This document shows, piece after piece, positions 44,498 to 59,026 of a DNA stretch of 64,000 nt. Within the stretch, counting starts at the first letter, position 1. Each line of letters starts with the position of its first letter. The notes below the pieces were generated by a model. That model was not told where the DNA came from. It saw only the letters and a list, made by a program, of their open reading frames with translations, and made no database searches. Where the stretch lies: contig OZ024741.1 in the NCBI GenBank assembly GCA_964016885.1, forward strand, positions 152,706,001 to 152,770,000, written 5' to 3'. The position numbers and the translations under genes were made by a program. The DNA comes from Eledone cirrhosa. Its lineage: Eukaryota.

Positions 44498-47400
44498 GCC
44501 AAGATACACCTTCAGCTTCATAACCATCATTATTGGAGCTACAAGTTATATACCAACGGGCTTGGACCATCGTATGGCTGAACCTGGATTTGTGGATAAA
44601 GAGCGCAGTTCCCTAATTCATAGACTGCAAATGGCTGCGATAGTTGGCGCCTTCAATATATATATATATACATACATACCATACACATACGTACAGTGTG
44701 TGTTCTGATTTTAAAGAATAGTTACACATACATACATACATACATACATACATACATACATACATACATACATACATACATACATACATACATGGTGGCT
44801 GCCAACTCATTTTCGAGTACGGCCACTACTTTATATCCATGTAGGAGAACCCCTACCGATGGGCTGAACGAGTGTGACTTTTTAGTCCAGCCAGCGACTT
44901 GAAAACTCTGGTACAAACACTACACTTGTGACAATTATTGACACATAGTGCTGGGCCCATGGTACCATGTGACGACAAGTGCAGAGAGATCTCCAGATAT
45001 AAAGCAATGCCTGTGCCGTGAAACTTTTATAGAGAGCAAAGGCACTGCACAAAGCCAGTCCCACTCTCTTAACCAAGATGATATTTACCAAAAAGAAGAA
45101 CAAGTCGACATCATTGGATATCATCATACATACATACATACATACATACATACATACATACATACATACATACATACATACATACATACATACATACATA
45201 CATACGTACATACATACAAATATGGTCATCAGAACTATCAGCATACAACAAAAATATTGCCCACAATACTTATGCTGTGCCAATCCTAATACCAACATTT
45301 GGCCTGCTGAACTGGTCATTGCAAGAACTGAGATGGATGTAATAACTCGGAAGTTTCTCGGTGTTACTGAAAACTTTAACATCAATGGTGGATAAATCAT
45401 TCAAAAAGCTTGGCATGGAGTTCTTGAAGGGTATCTCTATGCAATACAGGAACAAGAAATCCCTACCAAATATCTGCTACACAAAAGAGGAGGGCCATCA
45501 GTCGACAACAAATATAGGCTATCTAAAACAAAGATCGAAAATGTTAGCCACATTGTTGCCAACTGTAAAAGAATGTCGTCTCGTTACTACCCCTAAGAGA
45601 CACAATGTGATAGCTAGAACCATCTGGAACGCACTTAGGAAACCAAAATTAAAAACAAATGAGGAGGAATATGTTGAGATAGATGGCACTAAGGAATACT
45701 GGTGGAGCCTGAAAATAAAAACTGCCACCAAATTAAAGCACAGCCAGCCTGATATTGTTGTTTGGGACCACACATTGAAAACGAACTCTGTTGTAGAGAT
45801 CAGCTGCCCACTTGATGTCAACGTTGTAAGAAAAAATACAGGAGAAGGAAGACATCTACGGACCATTGATGAGGAGTTTGCAGATCCAGTATCAAAGATA
45901 CACCTTAAGCTTCATACCCATAATTATTGGAGCTACAGGTTATATACCAGCCCGCTTGGACCAAAGTATGGCTGAACTTGGATTTGTGGACAAAGAGCTC
46001 AGTTCCCTAATTCATAGATTACAAATGGCTACGATATCTGGCACCTTCCACATTTGCAAAACATTCTTGCGATTCCAGGGATGACAATTTCTTTGCTTTT
46101 ACAACCTTGCCACCAGGAAGTTGGCCGGTCAAAAATATATGCAAAATTAAGAGAAAGAGAAGCATACATACATACATACATACATACATACATACATACA
46201 TACATACATACATACATACATGAAATTTGGTGAGTCCAAATGTGCATATTTGGCAGTAAAACGTGGAAGAGCTGTGCCCTCCTCTAGAAATCTAGAGATG
46301 AACGGCCTGACAATACAACCTCTACAGTCAGGTGACAACTACAGATATCTTGGACAGGATGAGAATGTCAGATATGATGGACCCATAAATAAGGAGAGAA
46401 CCAGAACTGAATACCTCAGAAGAGTAAAGAAAATATGGTCATCAGAACTGTCAGCGTACAACAAATACATTGCCCACAATACTTATGCTGTGCCAATTCT
46501 AACGCCAACATTTGGCCTGCTGAACTGGTCATCGCAAGAACTAAGTGAGATGGATGTTAGAACTCGCAAACTTCTCAGTGTTACTGGGAACTTTAACATC
46601 AATGGTGATGTGGATAGGCTATACTTCTCACGCAAGGAAGGTGGCCGGGTCTAAAATCCATATTAACAACATATGAGACCCGGATAGTAACACTGAAGCA
46701 ACACCTTCAACAGAGGAAAAAGGTTGGCAACCATCTTGCCCAGGTTTATGAGCATGAAAAAAAATATATCAGAATAGCGACTGATCTGGAGGAGAGATAT
46801 GGAATAAAGCCTGATATAAATCTCTCACCCAGAGAAATCGGAAGATCCTATTCAATGTTCAAACAAGATGAAAAAATTGACCAATTTACAGAAAAAGTTG
46901 TGCATGGATACTTGAGGCGTAAAACACAGACCATAGAGGGGATAAACCACTCAAAAAGCCTGGCATGGAGTTCCGACAAGTTTATGACATCACACCTTGA
47001 GGGATATCTCTATGCAATACAGGAACAAGAACTCCCTACCAAAATATCTGCTGCACAAAAGAGGAGGGCCAGCAGCTGACAATAAATGTAGGCTATGTAA
47101 AACAAAGATCGAGGATGTAAGCCACATTGTTGCCAGCTGCGAAAGAATGTCATCTCGCTACTACCTCCCCATGAGACACGATGGGATAGCTAGAACCATC
47201 TGGAACACACTTCGGAAAACAAAATTAACAACAAACGAGGAAGAATATATTGAGACAGATGGCACTAAGGAATACTGGTGGAACCTGAAAATAAAAACTG
47301 CCACCAAATTAAAGCACAACCGGCCTGATATTGTTGTTTGGGACCACACATTGAAAACGTGTTCTGTTGTGGAGATCAGCTGCCAACTTGATGTAAAGGT

Positions 47401-47738
47401 TGTCAGAAAAATACAGGAGAAGGACATCTACGGACCATTGATGAGGAGTTTACAAATCCAGTATCCAAGATACATCTTTAGCTTCATACCCATCATTATT
47501 GGAGCTACGGGTTATATACCAACCCGCTTGGACCAAAGTATGACTGAACTTGGATTTGCGGACAAAAAGCGCAGCTCCCTAATTCATAGTCTACAAATGG
47601 CTGCGATAGCTGGCACCTTAAAAATTTGCAAAACATTCTTGCGATTTAAGGGATGACAATTTCTTTTCTTTTACAACCTTGCCACCAGGAAGGTGGCCGG
47701 TCAAAAAAATATACTTGAAATTAAGAGAAAGAGATAAC
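44498..47738 (+). mobile_element. Cluster of three 5'-truncated R4-like copies (44498-44657, 45216-46162, 46220-47738) separated by (CATA)n
   Basis: MKFGESKC..YRYLG..KIWSSELSAYNK; CRLCKTKIEDVSHIVASC, MRHD, NRPDIVVW, VVEISC. Homologous in protein to the 2899-6708 element. Confidence 0.88.
44792..45123 (-). mobile_element. RTE-derived SINE-like copy, 5'-truncated
   Basis: Reverse complement of 1902-2234; flanked by (CATA)n. Confidence 0.8.
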
Positions 47739-48335
47739 ATACATATATGGATCATACCCATGACATGAGACATGCTAACTTGCATATATATACTACCGCC
47801 TTCCCCCTCTTGTACCACTCAAGGATTGTCTTCACTTATGTGTGTGCTTGTATGTCTACTCTAAAGTACGCATGATAAACCGCGCTGACAAGTGTGCGTG
47901 TGAAAATATGCATACAAACACACGTGAGCCTTTATCCTTCCAGGGTCGATAGTACAAAATTTTAATAAAGTTGAAATGGAACTTAGAAACCTCGATCAAT
48001 GCGTTTGGGTTTTAAAAGATCGGATTATATGTATCAGTGATAAGCTGAAGCAGGTTCACACCGGTTTCAGTGAACCTATTAACATTTTACTGGTCGTTGA
48101 ATAGAGACTCAATTGGGAAAGTTATTTCGATCAGGTTAAAGTGTCAAAGATCTCCGCCTACTTGTGGTATATCAAATCAGCAGGTCCTTTAATGTTTCCT
48201 AGTAGAATGTTAATCACAATTTTTGCTATGTAAATTCTTGTTGTTTGTTTGTTTTTTTATATATAGAGCTTAGAAAGATTGGTAAAGTTTATTTGCCATG
48301 TATATATTTATACGTATATGCATAGTTATGTGTGA

Positions 48336-48400
<65 letters not shown>

Positions 48401-49658
48401 TGTGTGTGTGAGTGTAATTTTGAATTGTATGTTTGCATTTATGGTTGCGCCCCCTTTTCTGTTCCTATATCGTCATGCCTTCTCTTCTTCCTATAATTCT
48501 TTAACCTGTCATCGTAAATGTAACTCTATTTGTTTTTTATTTGATGCATTGTATCTATCTTACTGTCCCCTACTCACCACAATAATTTAACCTTGTCAAC
48601 TTCACTATATCTATCAGCCTACTTGCTTAACATTTCTAAATTCTTCTCCTGTGTCACATTACATCATTGGCTTCACAACCTAAAAGGTAAATTTATTTAC
48701 ATACGTATGTGTGTGTGTGTGTGTGCATGCGCGTGTGTGCGTGTGTGTGTGTATGTGTGTGTGTGTGTGTGCGTGTGTGTGTGTGCCCCTACTCCTCCTC
48801 TTTTTTTCCAATCCCCCCCCCTTCTCCTGATTTATTCTTTCCCGATGAAGAGCTAATGTACGAGACATTCTTTATCCTTTTTCCTTTTCACTCAAACGTG
48901 AAACTAGTCGCTACTTTAAAACTGATAGCGAATGGTCTTCTAAATGTTTTTAATTAAACATACCGTATATTGCCAAATATACTATACATACATTCATGTA
49001 TACATCGCGATTTCAGAGCACCAATACTAATATCTATCTATATATATATATATATACGTGTGTGTGGGGGTGGGTGTGCATGTATGTATGTATATGTACG
49101 TATGCATGTAAATGTATGTATGTATTTATGCATGTATGTGTATGTGTGTGTGTGTGTGTGTATACATACATATATGTTAACGTTCGTATCTGTGTATATA
49201 TCACATGACTTAACGGTTCGACAAAAAAGATCTATAAAATAAGTGCCACCATACTTTACAAAATAAGCACAGAACTCGTTATGATCAACTAACCGAGTTC
49301 GTTACCCGAGCATGGCCAGCGTGTAAAACTGTAAAAGAACAGCTAACAGACATGCACTTGTCCAGCAGTAGCTTATGCTATATCTGATCTGTTTCGTTCT
49401 ATTTAGGTGAACATTAAGAATTCAGAATATAGACATGAATGTACGAGTCACTATTTTGTTACAAATCTTACAATACCTTCACAAATAAATTTCAATGTGG
49501 GTGTTGTCTCTCTAGTAAACATGTTTCTGTGGTTGACTACCCAGTGTTTCTTGTTCTTTGGGTGAAGAAGGAGGAGGAGGGGTGGGGGGAGAAGGTCAAG
49601 GAGGAGAAGGAGGAGGGGGAGAAGAAGAAGAAGAAGAACAACAACAACAACAACAACA

Positions 49659-49696
<38 letters not shown>

Positions 49697-49838
49697 AAAA
49701 GCAACAATAGTGACAACATAAACGAGCTTTCCGTCAGATCGAAAGCTAGTGGATATACGTGCATTTATATATTTACACACCCTAACAAATACTCACGTAT
49801 CCACCCCTTCCCCATATATTATATATATATATATATAT

Positions 49839-50030
49839 ATATGAAAAGATTCAGGACCCCGACGGCTCAGCTCCGGCCGTTTCGACATAAATCCGAACTA
49901 GCTGCTGAAACGGCAGAAGCCCAGCTGTCGGGGTCCTGAATCTTTTCATATTACCCACTCTACTATCCCAAGTATCGAGTACTCCGGTGGATTGTGGTCC
50001 ACCTGGTATTTTTTACAACACCTTTTCTGA
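49839..50030 (+). repeat. Hairpin-headed short element (imperfect 113-bp fold-back + tail)
   Basis: The outer 25-bp arms are perfect. The tail attacccactctacta..gagtact..ggtccacctggt is shared with 53836-54020. Confidence 0.8.
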
Positions 50031-50470
50031 TATATATATATAAAATACAGAATATAGAGAAATAAACACAAAGAGGTATGTGTTGAATTTTAGGGGATAG
50101 AATACCACCAGAGTGAAAACCATATTGTCTACGAACGGAATGGAAAATACATAGCAATTAAAATAATTGTTTCTACTGGCACAAGGCCAGCAATAACCCA
50201 GTACATTACTGGTACTTTATTTTATCGACCCCGTAAGGATGAAAGGCAAAGTGAACCTCGGCGGGATTTGAACTCAGACCGTAAAGGGACGTAACTATGC
50301 TGTCCGACTCTCTACCGATACTGCCAATCCACAATAAATAAAAATGTACAAACCAATCTCTTATAACTATAACATCTGGACAAACTCTAATAAGAAAACG
50401 TTTTGCCATAAAAAGTGAAGATCCCAGACCGCTAAGGTCTTATCAACAGGTGTATAACAGTACGGTCCTT

Positions 50471-50537
<67 letters not shown>

Positions 50538-50679
50538 CAATATTAATTATTTCTACTTTTAGCACAAGGCCAGCAATTACCCAGTGCATTACTGGTACTT
50601 TATTTTATCGACCCCAGTAAGGATGAAAGGCAAAGTCAACCTCGGCGGGATTTGAACTCAGATCGTAAAGGGACGTAAT

Positions 50680-52310
50680 TATATTAATAAATGGAAAATA
50701 TATTTACAAAACCATATTTATTTTATTATACGTATTTCAAGGGTACTAACATTTAAGGACGCTTTCGTCAGATAAAATATAATATTTGGTGTTAAGATAG
50801 TGACATACCTTCGTCTGATCTAAGTGATATAAGACCACTGAAGGTAGTGATTGAAAAATTCAAAACTCAGGGATATATGTTAATGAGGATACGTTAAAAC
50901 AGAAAAAAGCCGTTAAATTTAGACGCTTGATACATTTTGAAATAAACCCTTGTTTATATTGTTAATGCGGTTGTTATTATAGGGTGAACAGTTAATGTAG
51001 ACTTAGTATAGAGTTAGTTATAGATATATACTCACAGAGATATATGCATGAGTTTGGAAGGAATCACATAATTATACGTATTTATTTTTTAATATATATT
51101 TTAAGAATATGGATGTGTTTATAATGTTTACATGAGAAATGTAATGTATTGTAGTATATTATAAGCTATTATTCTATATGGTTAGTTAAAGTGACTACAA
51201 CAATTCAATACTTATGTGGTTATGCGATTGAATATAAATCGTATTTACACATATATATATACATAGATTTATATATGAGTGTATTTATTTTTTAGCATAT
51301 ATTTTAATACTATGAATGTAATTATAATGTTGACATGAGAGATATAATGTATTGTAGTATATTATAAGCTATTACTGTATATCGTTAATTAAAATAATAA
51401 ATAATTATTCAGTGATAAGTGATCATGCGTATTATACATCGTATTTAATACATAGATCTATAAATGAACGTAAGGGAGATCAAATACCTATAGATATGTA
51501 TTTTTTGCATATATTTTAATAATGTGAAGCTACTTATATTTCTTAAGTAAAAATGTAGAGTATTGTAGTATAATCTATTATATGGTTAGTAATATAATAT
51601 TTAAACAGTTATGTAAGTTGAAATATATTGTATATATGAATTTTTACTATGAAAACAAAAAATGGGGAAGTAACTCTAAAATTAAGTATTTTAAGTAATG
51701 TGTTAAAGCATTTAATAATATATTCTTTCATCTAATGTTTACCATAATTATTAATTATTATCTATATTATAAGTAAAGAATTTATATAAGATTTCAGAGT
51801 ACCATATACTAAATATGGTTTGATAATAGTTTTTTTACATTGTATAAGAAATGCTTCTATGTATTAGGTTTAAAAGTATTTGTCTTTATATTGTAAATAG
51901 GCAACTTAAATAGAACATAATATAGTAGGTTCTATAAATTATAAACATTGTGAAATGTCTTGGAGAAATGCTGCAAACAAGAATTAAATATTTCCTTTTT
52001 TTTTTTTGTTAATAACTGTTTCTACGTTTGGCACAAGGCCAGCAATTACCCAGTGCATTACTGGCACTTTTTTTTATCGACCCCGTAAGGATGAAAGGCA
52101 AAGTTAACCTCGTCGGGATTTGAACTCAGAATGGCAAGAGCCGTAACTCTATACGTCAAAGCATGGCGTCCGACCCTCTACCGATACTACCAGGATATGA
52201 AAGATTTCTTCAGTACAAAGATGACAAATTCGTGAGAATGCCGAATTTTGGTAAACTGGTGCATTCGTAATTTTTCTCCAAGAGATTGAATAGTCAGTAT
52301 ATATATCTAT
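50680..52310 (-). mobile_element. Truncated PLE (GIY-YIG tail + AT-rich 3'UTR + hammerhead) interrupted by a SINE
   Basis: YSISWRKITNAPVY...CHLCTEE at 52190-52300. 50685-50785 is homologous to 40580-40680. Hammerhead 50721-50780(-): attttat-CTGACGA-stem-GAAAT-acgt-ATA-ataaaat. Confidence 0.7.
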
Positions 52311-52429
52311 AGGGCGGGTAAAATTCCCGAGATCCATGGACGAGTTCTCTCCAGCGGTCTCTGTCTCTCATCATCGCTGCCTTGTCCTGCGTCTCCAAGA
52401 GACCAGTGTCTGTCCTTATTATTAAAGTG

Positions 52430-52499
<70 letters not shown>

Positions 52500-52508
<9 letters not shown>

Positions 52509-52877
52509 CAATCTGTACTGAATGTAAGATTACATAATTCGTTGAGTATCCTATTAAATTTAATAAATAAAAAAATTAAAACAAAATACCTGATAACGAT
52601 CAATATATCTCCCTCGTGTATTCTCCTCAAAATCAGAATTCATTTCACCAAATAATGGCGAAATTATATATTTTGAAATGGATCATCAGTGAGGGAATTC
52701 CAAAATTATCTAATGTCTCCAATAATGTTTACTGGCTGGTTGGCTGGTTGGTTGGTTGGTTGGTTGGTTGGTTGGTTGGCTGGTTGGTTGGTTGGCTGGC
52801 TGGTTGGTTGAATCGCACAAAAACTACACACACACACACGCGCACACACACACACACACTCACACACACACACACAC

Positions 52878-52914
<37 letters not shown>

Positions 52915-53027
52915 AATACATACATATGCATCTAAAAAGAGAGAGAGAGACACACACACAGAAGGAGAGACAGAGAGAGAGATAGAGACACACAGAAGGA
53001 GAGACAGAAAGAGAATGATAGGCCGTT

Positions 53028-53091
<64 letters not shown>

Positions 53092-53610
53092 ACGTCCCAC
53101 GAAATTCTATAAACGGCTTAAACTATAGATATTTTAATCTATAGGAAGGTTTAACAATATTGCGTTAGCGTTTATAAAGTCGTTTTACAATCTTCGGTTT
53201 TACAGAACAAAAAGAAATTGATACTATTTGAAATTAATCTACCCTCCAGCTTTTATCCATATACTACTTACAGACCGTTCTAACGAAGCTAAATACTTCA
53301 GAAGCAATGTTATGCGGTATATTGCTGTGTTTCAGATAACGTCCTTTGGAGCTGAAAAAGATCATACTGACTATGGTTATTTCACAACATTTAAAGTCCA
53401 AGGCCAATGCTACCATTTAATCGGAAGTTTACTTCCCCCGCCTAATAAGGAAGTTTTATTATTCTTTTGTTTGTCTCTCTCACACACACTCATACACCCA
53501 CACATTACGGTCTCACCTCATACCAGACAACACATCCAAATACAGTCGTTTTCTCTTTTATCCATCTTCTCTTAACTATTCTCCCGGGCGAAGCCGGGTA
53601 TTTCAGCTAG
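52500..53610 (+). mobile_element. Non-autonomous Helitron retaining a RepHel N-terminal fragment
   Basis: 53228-53445 encodes FRSNVMRY..FQITSFG..TFKVQGQCYHLIGSLLP. 3' hairpin cccgggcgaagccggg + CTAG (53607-53610). The 5' boundary is uncertain. Confidence 0.75.
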
Positions 53611-53835
53611 TATATATATATATAACTTCACTTGTAGTTCTAAACAATTTCATTTTATAATTGTTTCTACTTATTATATTATATAATTGTTTCTACTTAT
53701 TATATTATAAAATTTCATTTTATAATATAAAATTAAATTGTTTAGAACTACAAGTGAAGTCATTGTTTTCCTTTTTTAAAATATACCTAACTGTACCAAG
53801 GATTTCACACATTTCCTATATATATATATATATAT

Positions 53836-53946
53836 ATAGGAGTAAGTAAGACCCCGACGGCTGAGCTCAAGCCGTTTCGACGGCTAATTCTGAATTAGCC
53901 GTCGAAACGGCTTGAGCTCAGCCGTCGGGGTCTTACTTACTCCTAT
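53836..53946. repeat. Perfect 111-bp palindrome (55-bp arms, 1-nt centre)
   Basis: Arms checked base by base as exact reverse complements. Confidence 0.95.
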
Positions 53947-54022
53947 TACCCACTCTACTACCCTAAGTATTGAGTACTTTGGTGCGTTATGGTCCACCTG
54001 GTTCCTTACCACTTTTCCCTCG

Positions 54023-54057
<35 letters not shown>

Positions 54058-54939
54058 AGATTTTCTCTCAGAATAACATCAAAACATTTATTTACAAAAT
54101 AGGAATTTCCGCATTATTTGTACCGCTTTCAGCATATAGGCTTCTTCATACGACGGAAGTGTATAATACAATTAAATTGCATATTAATAAGAACAATAAG
54201 AATAGGGGGGGGGGTATTTTTACATACATATGTATAGAGAAAAGTTCACATTTTTGTCTGTAGTTTTCTTTCTTTCTCTCTTAGTGTTGACCTTAGCTGT
54301 GTCACCATTAATAGTGCAAGTAACAAGGAAGAATCGGTTAGTTCTGTTTAAGCTGTTGACCTCGACTGTAGTGGTATACATGTAAGCATTCCAAATATAC
54401 GAATACCCTTAACTTAAGTCGCAAATCGAATCAACATGACAAAACGTGACAAGGCTAGACATATGAATTACAGGTGCAATACATCCGTCGGATGTACGCA
54501 CAGTTTACGACTAGGTAATTTCACTTAAAAGGCTTGGGTGGTACAATGGCTATGGTACAGACATTTCCTAAGATTCCATGCAGTAGGATCGAACCAGAGA
54601 CTTCATACTTGCCAGCGTTTACGCTATCGGAATTAAGGTTCAGCAATAAACGTTTTAACATTATGTAAATTTCGTTATGCTTGTCATGGTGTTTTAAACA
54701 TTTTCTGTAGAATGTTCTACACTATTTAACTTCGTTATCTCGGATGACAGAGACAAGTGGTCCCTAATGATATGTTAATGAAACCGAAACTAGTCATTTC
54801 GATCTCCACTTCAGGCTGCCGAAACCCCTCGGGGTTTATCCATGCGGTCTATTTACTCAATGAGACTAAATGTGTTTACGAAACATATAGTAAATGACTT
54901 CCGTTTAAACACACACACATACACACACACACACAAACA

Positions 54940-54989
<50 letters not shown>

Positions 54990-55125
54990 CTTTTAGAAAC
55001 AAATGTACTTCTATAAAACTCCTAAAAATAAAGTCCATTGCTATATTTTACTCATATTGAGTCATTTAATGTTTGCTTAGTTTACATAGTAACGTGAGAT
55101 GTGTGTGTGTGTGTATATATATATA

Positions 55126-55730
55126 TGGTGGCTGCCAACTCGTTTTCGAGTACGGCCACTACTTTATATCCATGTAGGAGAACTCCTACCGATGCGCTGA
55201 ACGAGTGTGACATTTTAGTCCAGCCAGCGACTTGAAAACTCTGGTACAAACACTACACTTGTGACAATTATTGACACAGTGCTGGGCCATGGTTCCATGT
55301 GACGACAAGTGCAGAGAGATCTCCAGATATAAAGCAATGCTGTGCCGTGAAGCTTTTATAGTGAGCAAAGGCACTGCACAAAGCCAGTCCCACTCTCTTA
55401 ACCAAGATGGTATTTACCAAAAAGAAGAACAAGTCAACATCATTGGATACCGTCAGGGTTGCAGGTGTTATATCAGAGATTTCCTTCTCCTAGAGTTCTG
55501 CCTTTACAAAGGCTAAGGGGTCATCTCTCCCGGTGATTTTGGATGGCCATTGACTCTAAAGAGCCATTTTGCCCTTTGACAGGTTTTGTTTTTATTCCTG
55601 CAGGATGTCCAAAGACACCCTCCTCACCAAGAAACCTTGGTTGGGTTGCCAGTTTAGTCGCCAACGACCCGACCATGAGACAGGTTGTACTGGGATACAT
55701 GTTACCAGTAGCACCAACTGGTGACCTGAC
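55126..55730 (-). mobile_element. Longest copy (~605 bp) of RTE-derived non-autonomous element
   Basis: Extends ~200 bp further 5' than the 1824 copy; no tRNA A/B boxes seen. Confidence 0.8.
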
Positions 55731-56059
55731 ATACATATATATATATACACATATATACATACACATATATAATGAGAGAAAGAAAAAACTCTTGTGAGAC
55801 ATCTGTAGGCATACATGCGTGTGTATGTATATATATACATACATATACATATATATAAAATGTATACATATACATATATATAAATTAGGTAATTACATAT
55901 GCTTATGCCGTATTTGACTAAATAGAATTAGTCTGTTAGCTAACATCGTTTGCACTCACAACGTTACCGCCCTTTATGTTCTGAGTTCAAATCGCACCAA
56001 TGTTAGTTTTGCCTTTCATCCTTACGGGGTCCATAAAATAAAGCACCAGTAAGTACTGT

Positions 56060-56650
56060 CTCACTGTACTGGAGCGTTTGTTCTTCCACTTCTTGTGGAA
56101 GGGACGTGTTCCGATAGCCAGGCGGTCCATCTACTATTAACACCCACTGCATGGAGGACTGGGAAGAGTAAGCAGTTTTTATCTGCCATGGACATTGAGG
56201 TCGTGTGGTGGACACGTCTGAAAGGGTTGAAGGTAGGCACATTTCTCTTCGGCGACTCCCTGATTAACTTTTTTAGGTTCAAGAGGAAAATCCGAGTGGA
56301 GAGAGAAGTACTGCCTTCCAGCCAGTTTGTTGAAAGGTGGGTGAGAGAGGTGAGAATGGCCTGAGTGAAGAGTCTGATTTGAATATACACCTGTAGATTG
56401 GAGGAGGACAACTCGGAGAGGAAACTTACCCTAGTGGTGATCATGGCTTTTCGTAGGCTTTCTCTATGTGTGACCCACAGAAGTCCATCCATACTGAGGA
56501 AAATATTTTGTTTGAATTTTTACGTTTTCCTTGTTTTTTGCTAAAAACATCTTACGCACCAAAACCCACATTGTACCGTCCTGCGCCGTCCCGTGTCGCC
56601 CTTAATGTTTTCTTAATGTGAGCCCTGTGTGACTAATAAAGAAATCATTA
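56060..56650 (+). mobile_element. L1/Tx1-like LINE 3' end
   Basis: VVWWTRLKG..SLINFFRFKRKIRVERE..FVERW C-terminus, followed by a 3'UTR with aataaa. Confidence 0.6.
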
Positions 56651-57373
56651 TTAATTTTATTAGGCAGCGGAATGTTCTCGATGTCTGGTCACTTCATCTT
56701 AGCAAACGACAACATAGGATACTACAGACAACTACAGAGTACTATTCTCCTGGGTATTAAGAAACAACACTAATATGGTATTGAGTACTTTTTCTGTTTT
56801 TCGTTAAAACCAACGGTAACATGAGTGTGAGCAGAGAAGAAAGTAGTGCACGGGTATGTATGTATGTCATGGGTATTGTGGTGGTGGTGGTGGTGGTGGT
56901 GGTGGTGGTGGTTGTCGTCGTCGTGATGGTGCTGGTGATGGTGATGATAGACTGATGACTGTAATGATGGAGGTGGTGGTGAGGACTATTGTGGAGATAG
57001 GGATGGTGGTGGAGAGAATATAGTGCTGTAATGGTAGTGATGGTGGTTGGAGGGGTACTGCATGAGGGGGGGGGGGTCTGTAGTGGCGGTGGCGTTGGTT
57101 GCAACGGCATAGTCATTGTTTGGCATCCACATATGACTTCTCTACGCTCAACTGCGACCTTGAGAAACATCAGACATGGGCACGTGGTTAAGGCGTGTCA
57201 AACATTGATATATCCATTCATGCACATACATACATACATACATACATACATACATACATACATACATACATACATACATACATACATACAGACAGACGTA
57301 CATATATATATATATATATATACATATATACATACATATATACTTACATGTATACTTACATACGTACAAACAT

Positions 57374-57411
<38 letters not shown>

Positions 57412-57818
57412 AAGAGAGAGGGGGGAGCATACACATATATACACAAGCATACATGCATAACATAACATATACATAAATACATACATAAGATATACATAAA
57501 TACATGCATAACAACATATACATACATACATACATACATACATATACATAATATAACATAACATACATACATACATACATATAGATGTACATGAATGGAA
57601 GAAATAGGACATAGACTGAAAAATACGAGGATTGTGGTAAACAAAACAAAACAAAAAATGACACGAAGCAACGAAACAGAACATTAGCAAGGAGTTTGGT
57701 AGTTTGTACTGGATATAAACCGCACTATATTCGTTCTATCCCAAACTAGTTGCATAAATCTAATTTTTCAACTCTTTCATTTTGATACATTTTAAAAGGT
57801 GTGTTTTAACTGCAAGTC

Positions 57819-57902
<84 letters not shown>

Positions 57903-58348
57903 AAAAGTTTGTTCTTCATCAGTGATCTTCCAACTATCACAGGCATTTCATCGCTTTAAAGACCATATACCTCCGGTTGGTGCGAGCAACGGCTAAAAAA
58001 AGTCGTTGGGACACGTAAATAAAGGGGACACGAGGGTAAACAAACAAAATGGTGAGGCAACAGAAAGTGAGGAAGAAGGAGACAAGTCCCAGATTTCTAT
58101 GAATTTAAGTTCGGTGAAATCGTGAACGAGAGAATAAAGACCATCAAACCTGGTTGAAATGTGAGCAAGGAAGGAATTTCGCACAGGTCTAACGGGAGGA
58201 AGAAGGGGTCTGGTCTGCGAATTCGGTAAATATAAGTTCTGTGAAATCGTAGACGAGAGAGAAAAAATTCCGACCAGCTTGGCCGAGAATGTGAGAGAAA
58301 AGAATTACTCACAGGTCAAAGGTATGTATATATGCATGTGTGTATATA

Positions 58349-58460
<112 letters not shown>

Positions 58461-58609
58461 TGCTACTGTACGTCTGTATACATATATGTACGTATACACA
58501 CATACTTACATTTAAGTAAGTGCCGTACTAAGAGTGAGAAATGAAATTTCGTTTTCATTTTATTTCAACTTATCGTTTCGGTATGCCTGACCGACTTAGC
58601 TCACTCGAT

Positions 58610-58617
58610 ATGCAAAT
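58610..58617 (+). promoter_or_regulatory. Octamer motif ATGCAAAT (putative snRNA-type distal element)
   Basis: Exact octamer 88 nt before CTGATGA; same spacing (88-93) in four other monomers of two families. Confidence 0.5.
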
Positions 58618-58692
58618 TAGGTTGCTCAGCCGTTAATTTTCATAAGGAAAGTATATACTTTCGAACGTTCAACTATCTGGCAGATGGGTATA

Positions 58693-58733
58693 CGGTGCTG
58701 ATGATAGCTAACAAGCTTGAAACTAGTACATCG
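58693..58733 (+). ncRNA. Minimal type I hammerhead ribozyme
   Basis: cggtg-CTGATGA-tagctaacaagctt-GAAAC-ta-GTA-catcg; second copy at 59264-59304. Confidence 0.85.
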
Positions 58734-58906
58734 TTCCTGTGTCAGTGTTGAACAAAAAGGTGACGTGGTTGCCTTAACACCGTACGGCATAAAAATTCAG
58801 GCTTTTCAGTTTGTTTACAAACGAACAAAGCGGCGTTATAATAAGCGTCCGCTAAACTGATACGTGCATATATGTATGTGTACCTGTATGTATATATGTA
58901 TGTGTG

Positions 58907-59026
<120 letters not shown>

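Noticed and set aside
49439-49939. 166-aa ORF with K/N/D homopolymers
   Set aside because: Compound trinucleotide microsatellite (GAG/AAG/AAC/GAC) with no domain signal.
54762-54796. ctaatga...ccgaaactagtc hammerhead-like string (also 57905-57955 minus)
   Set aside because: The core is mutated or stems cannot be paired convincingly.
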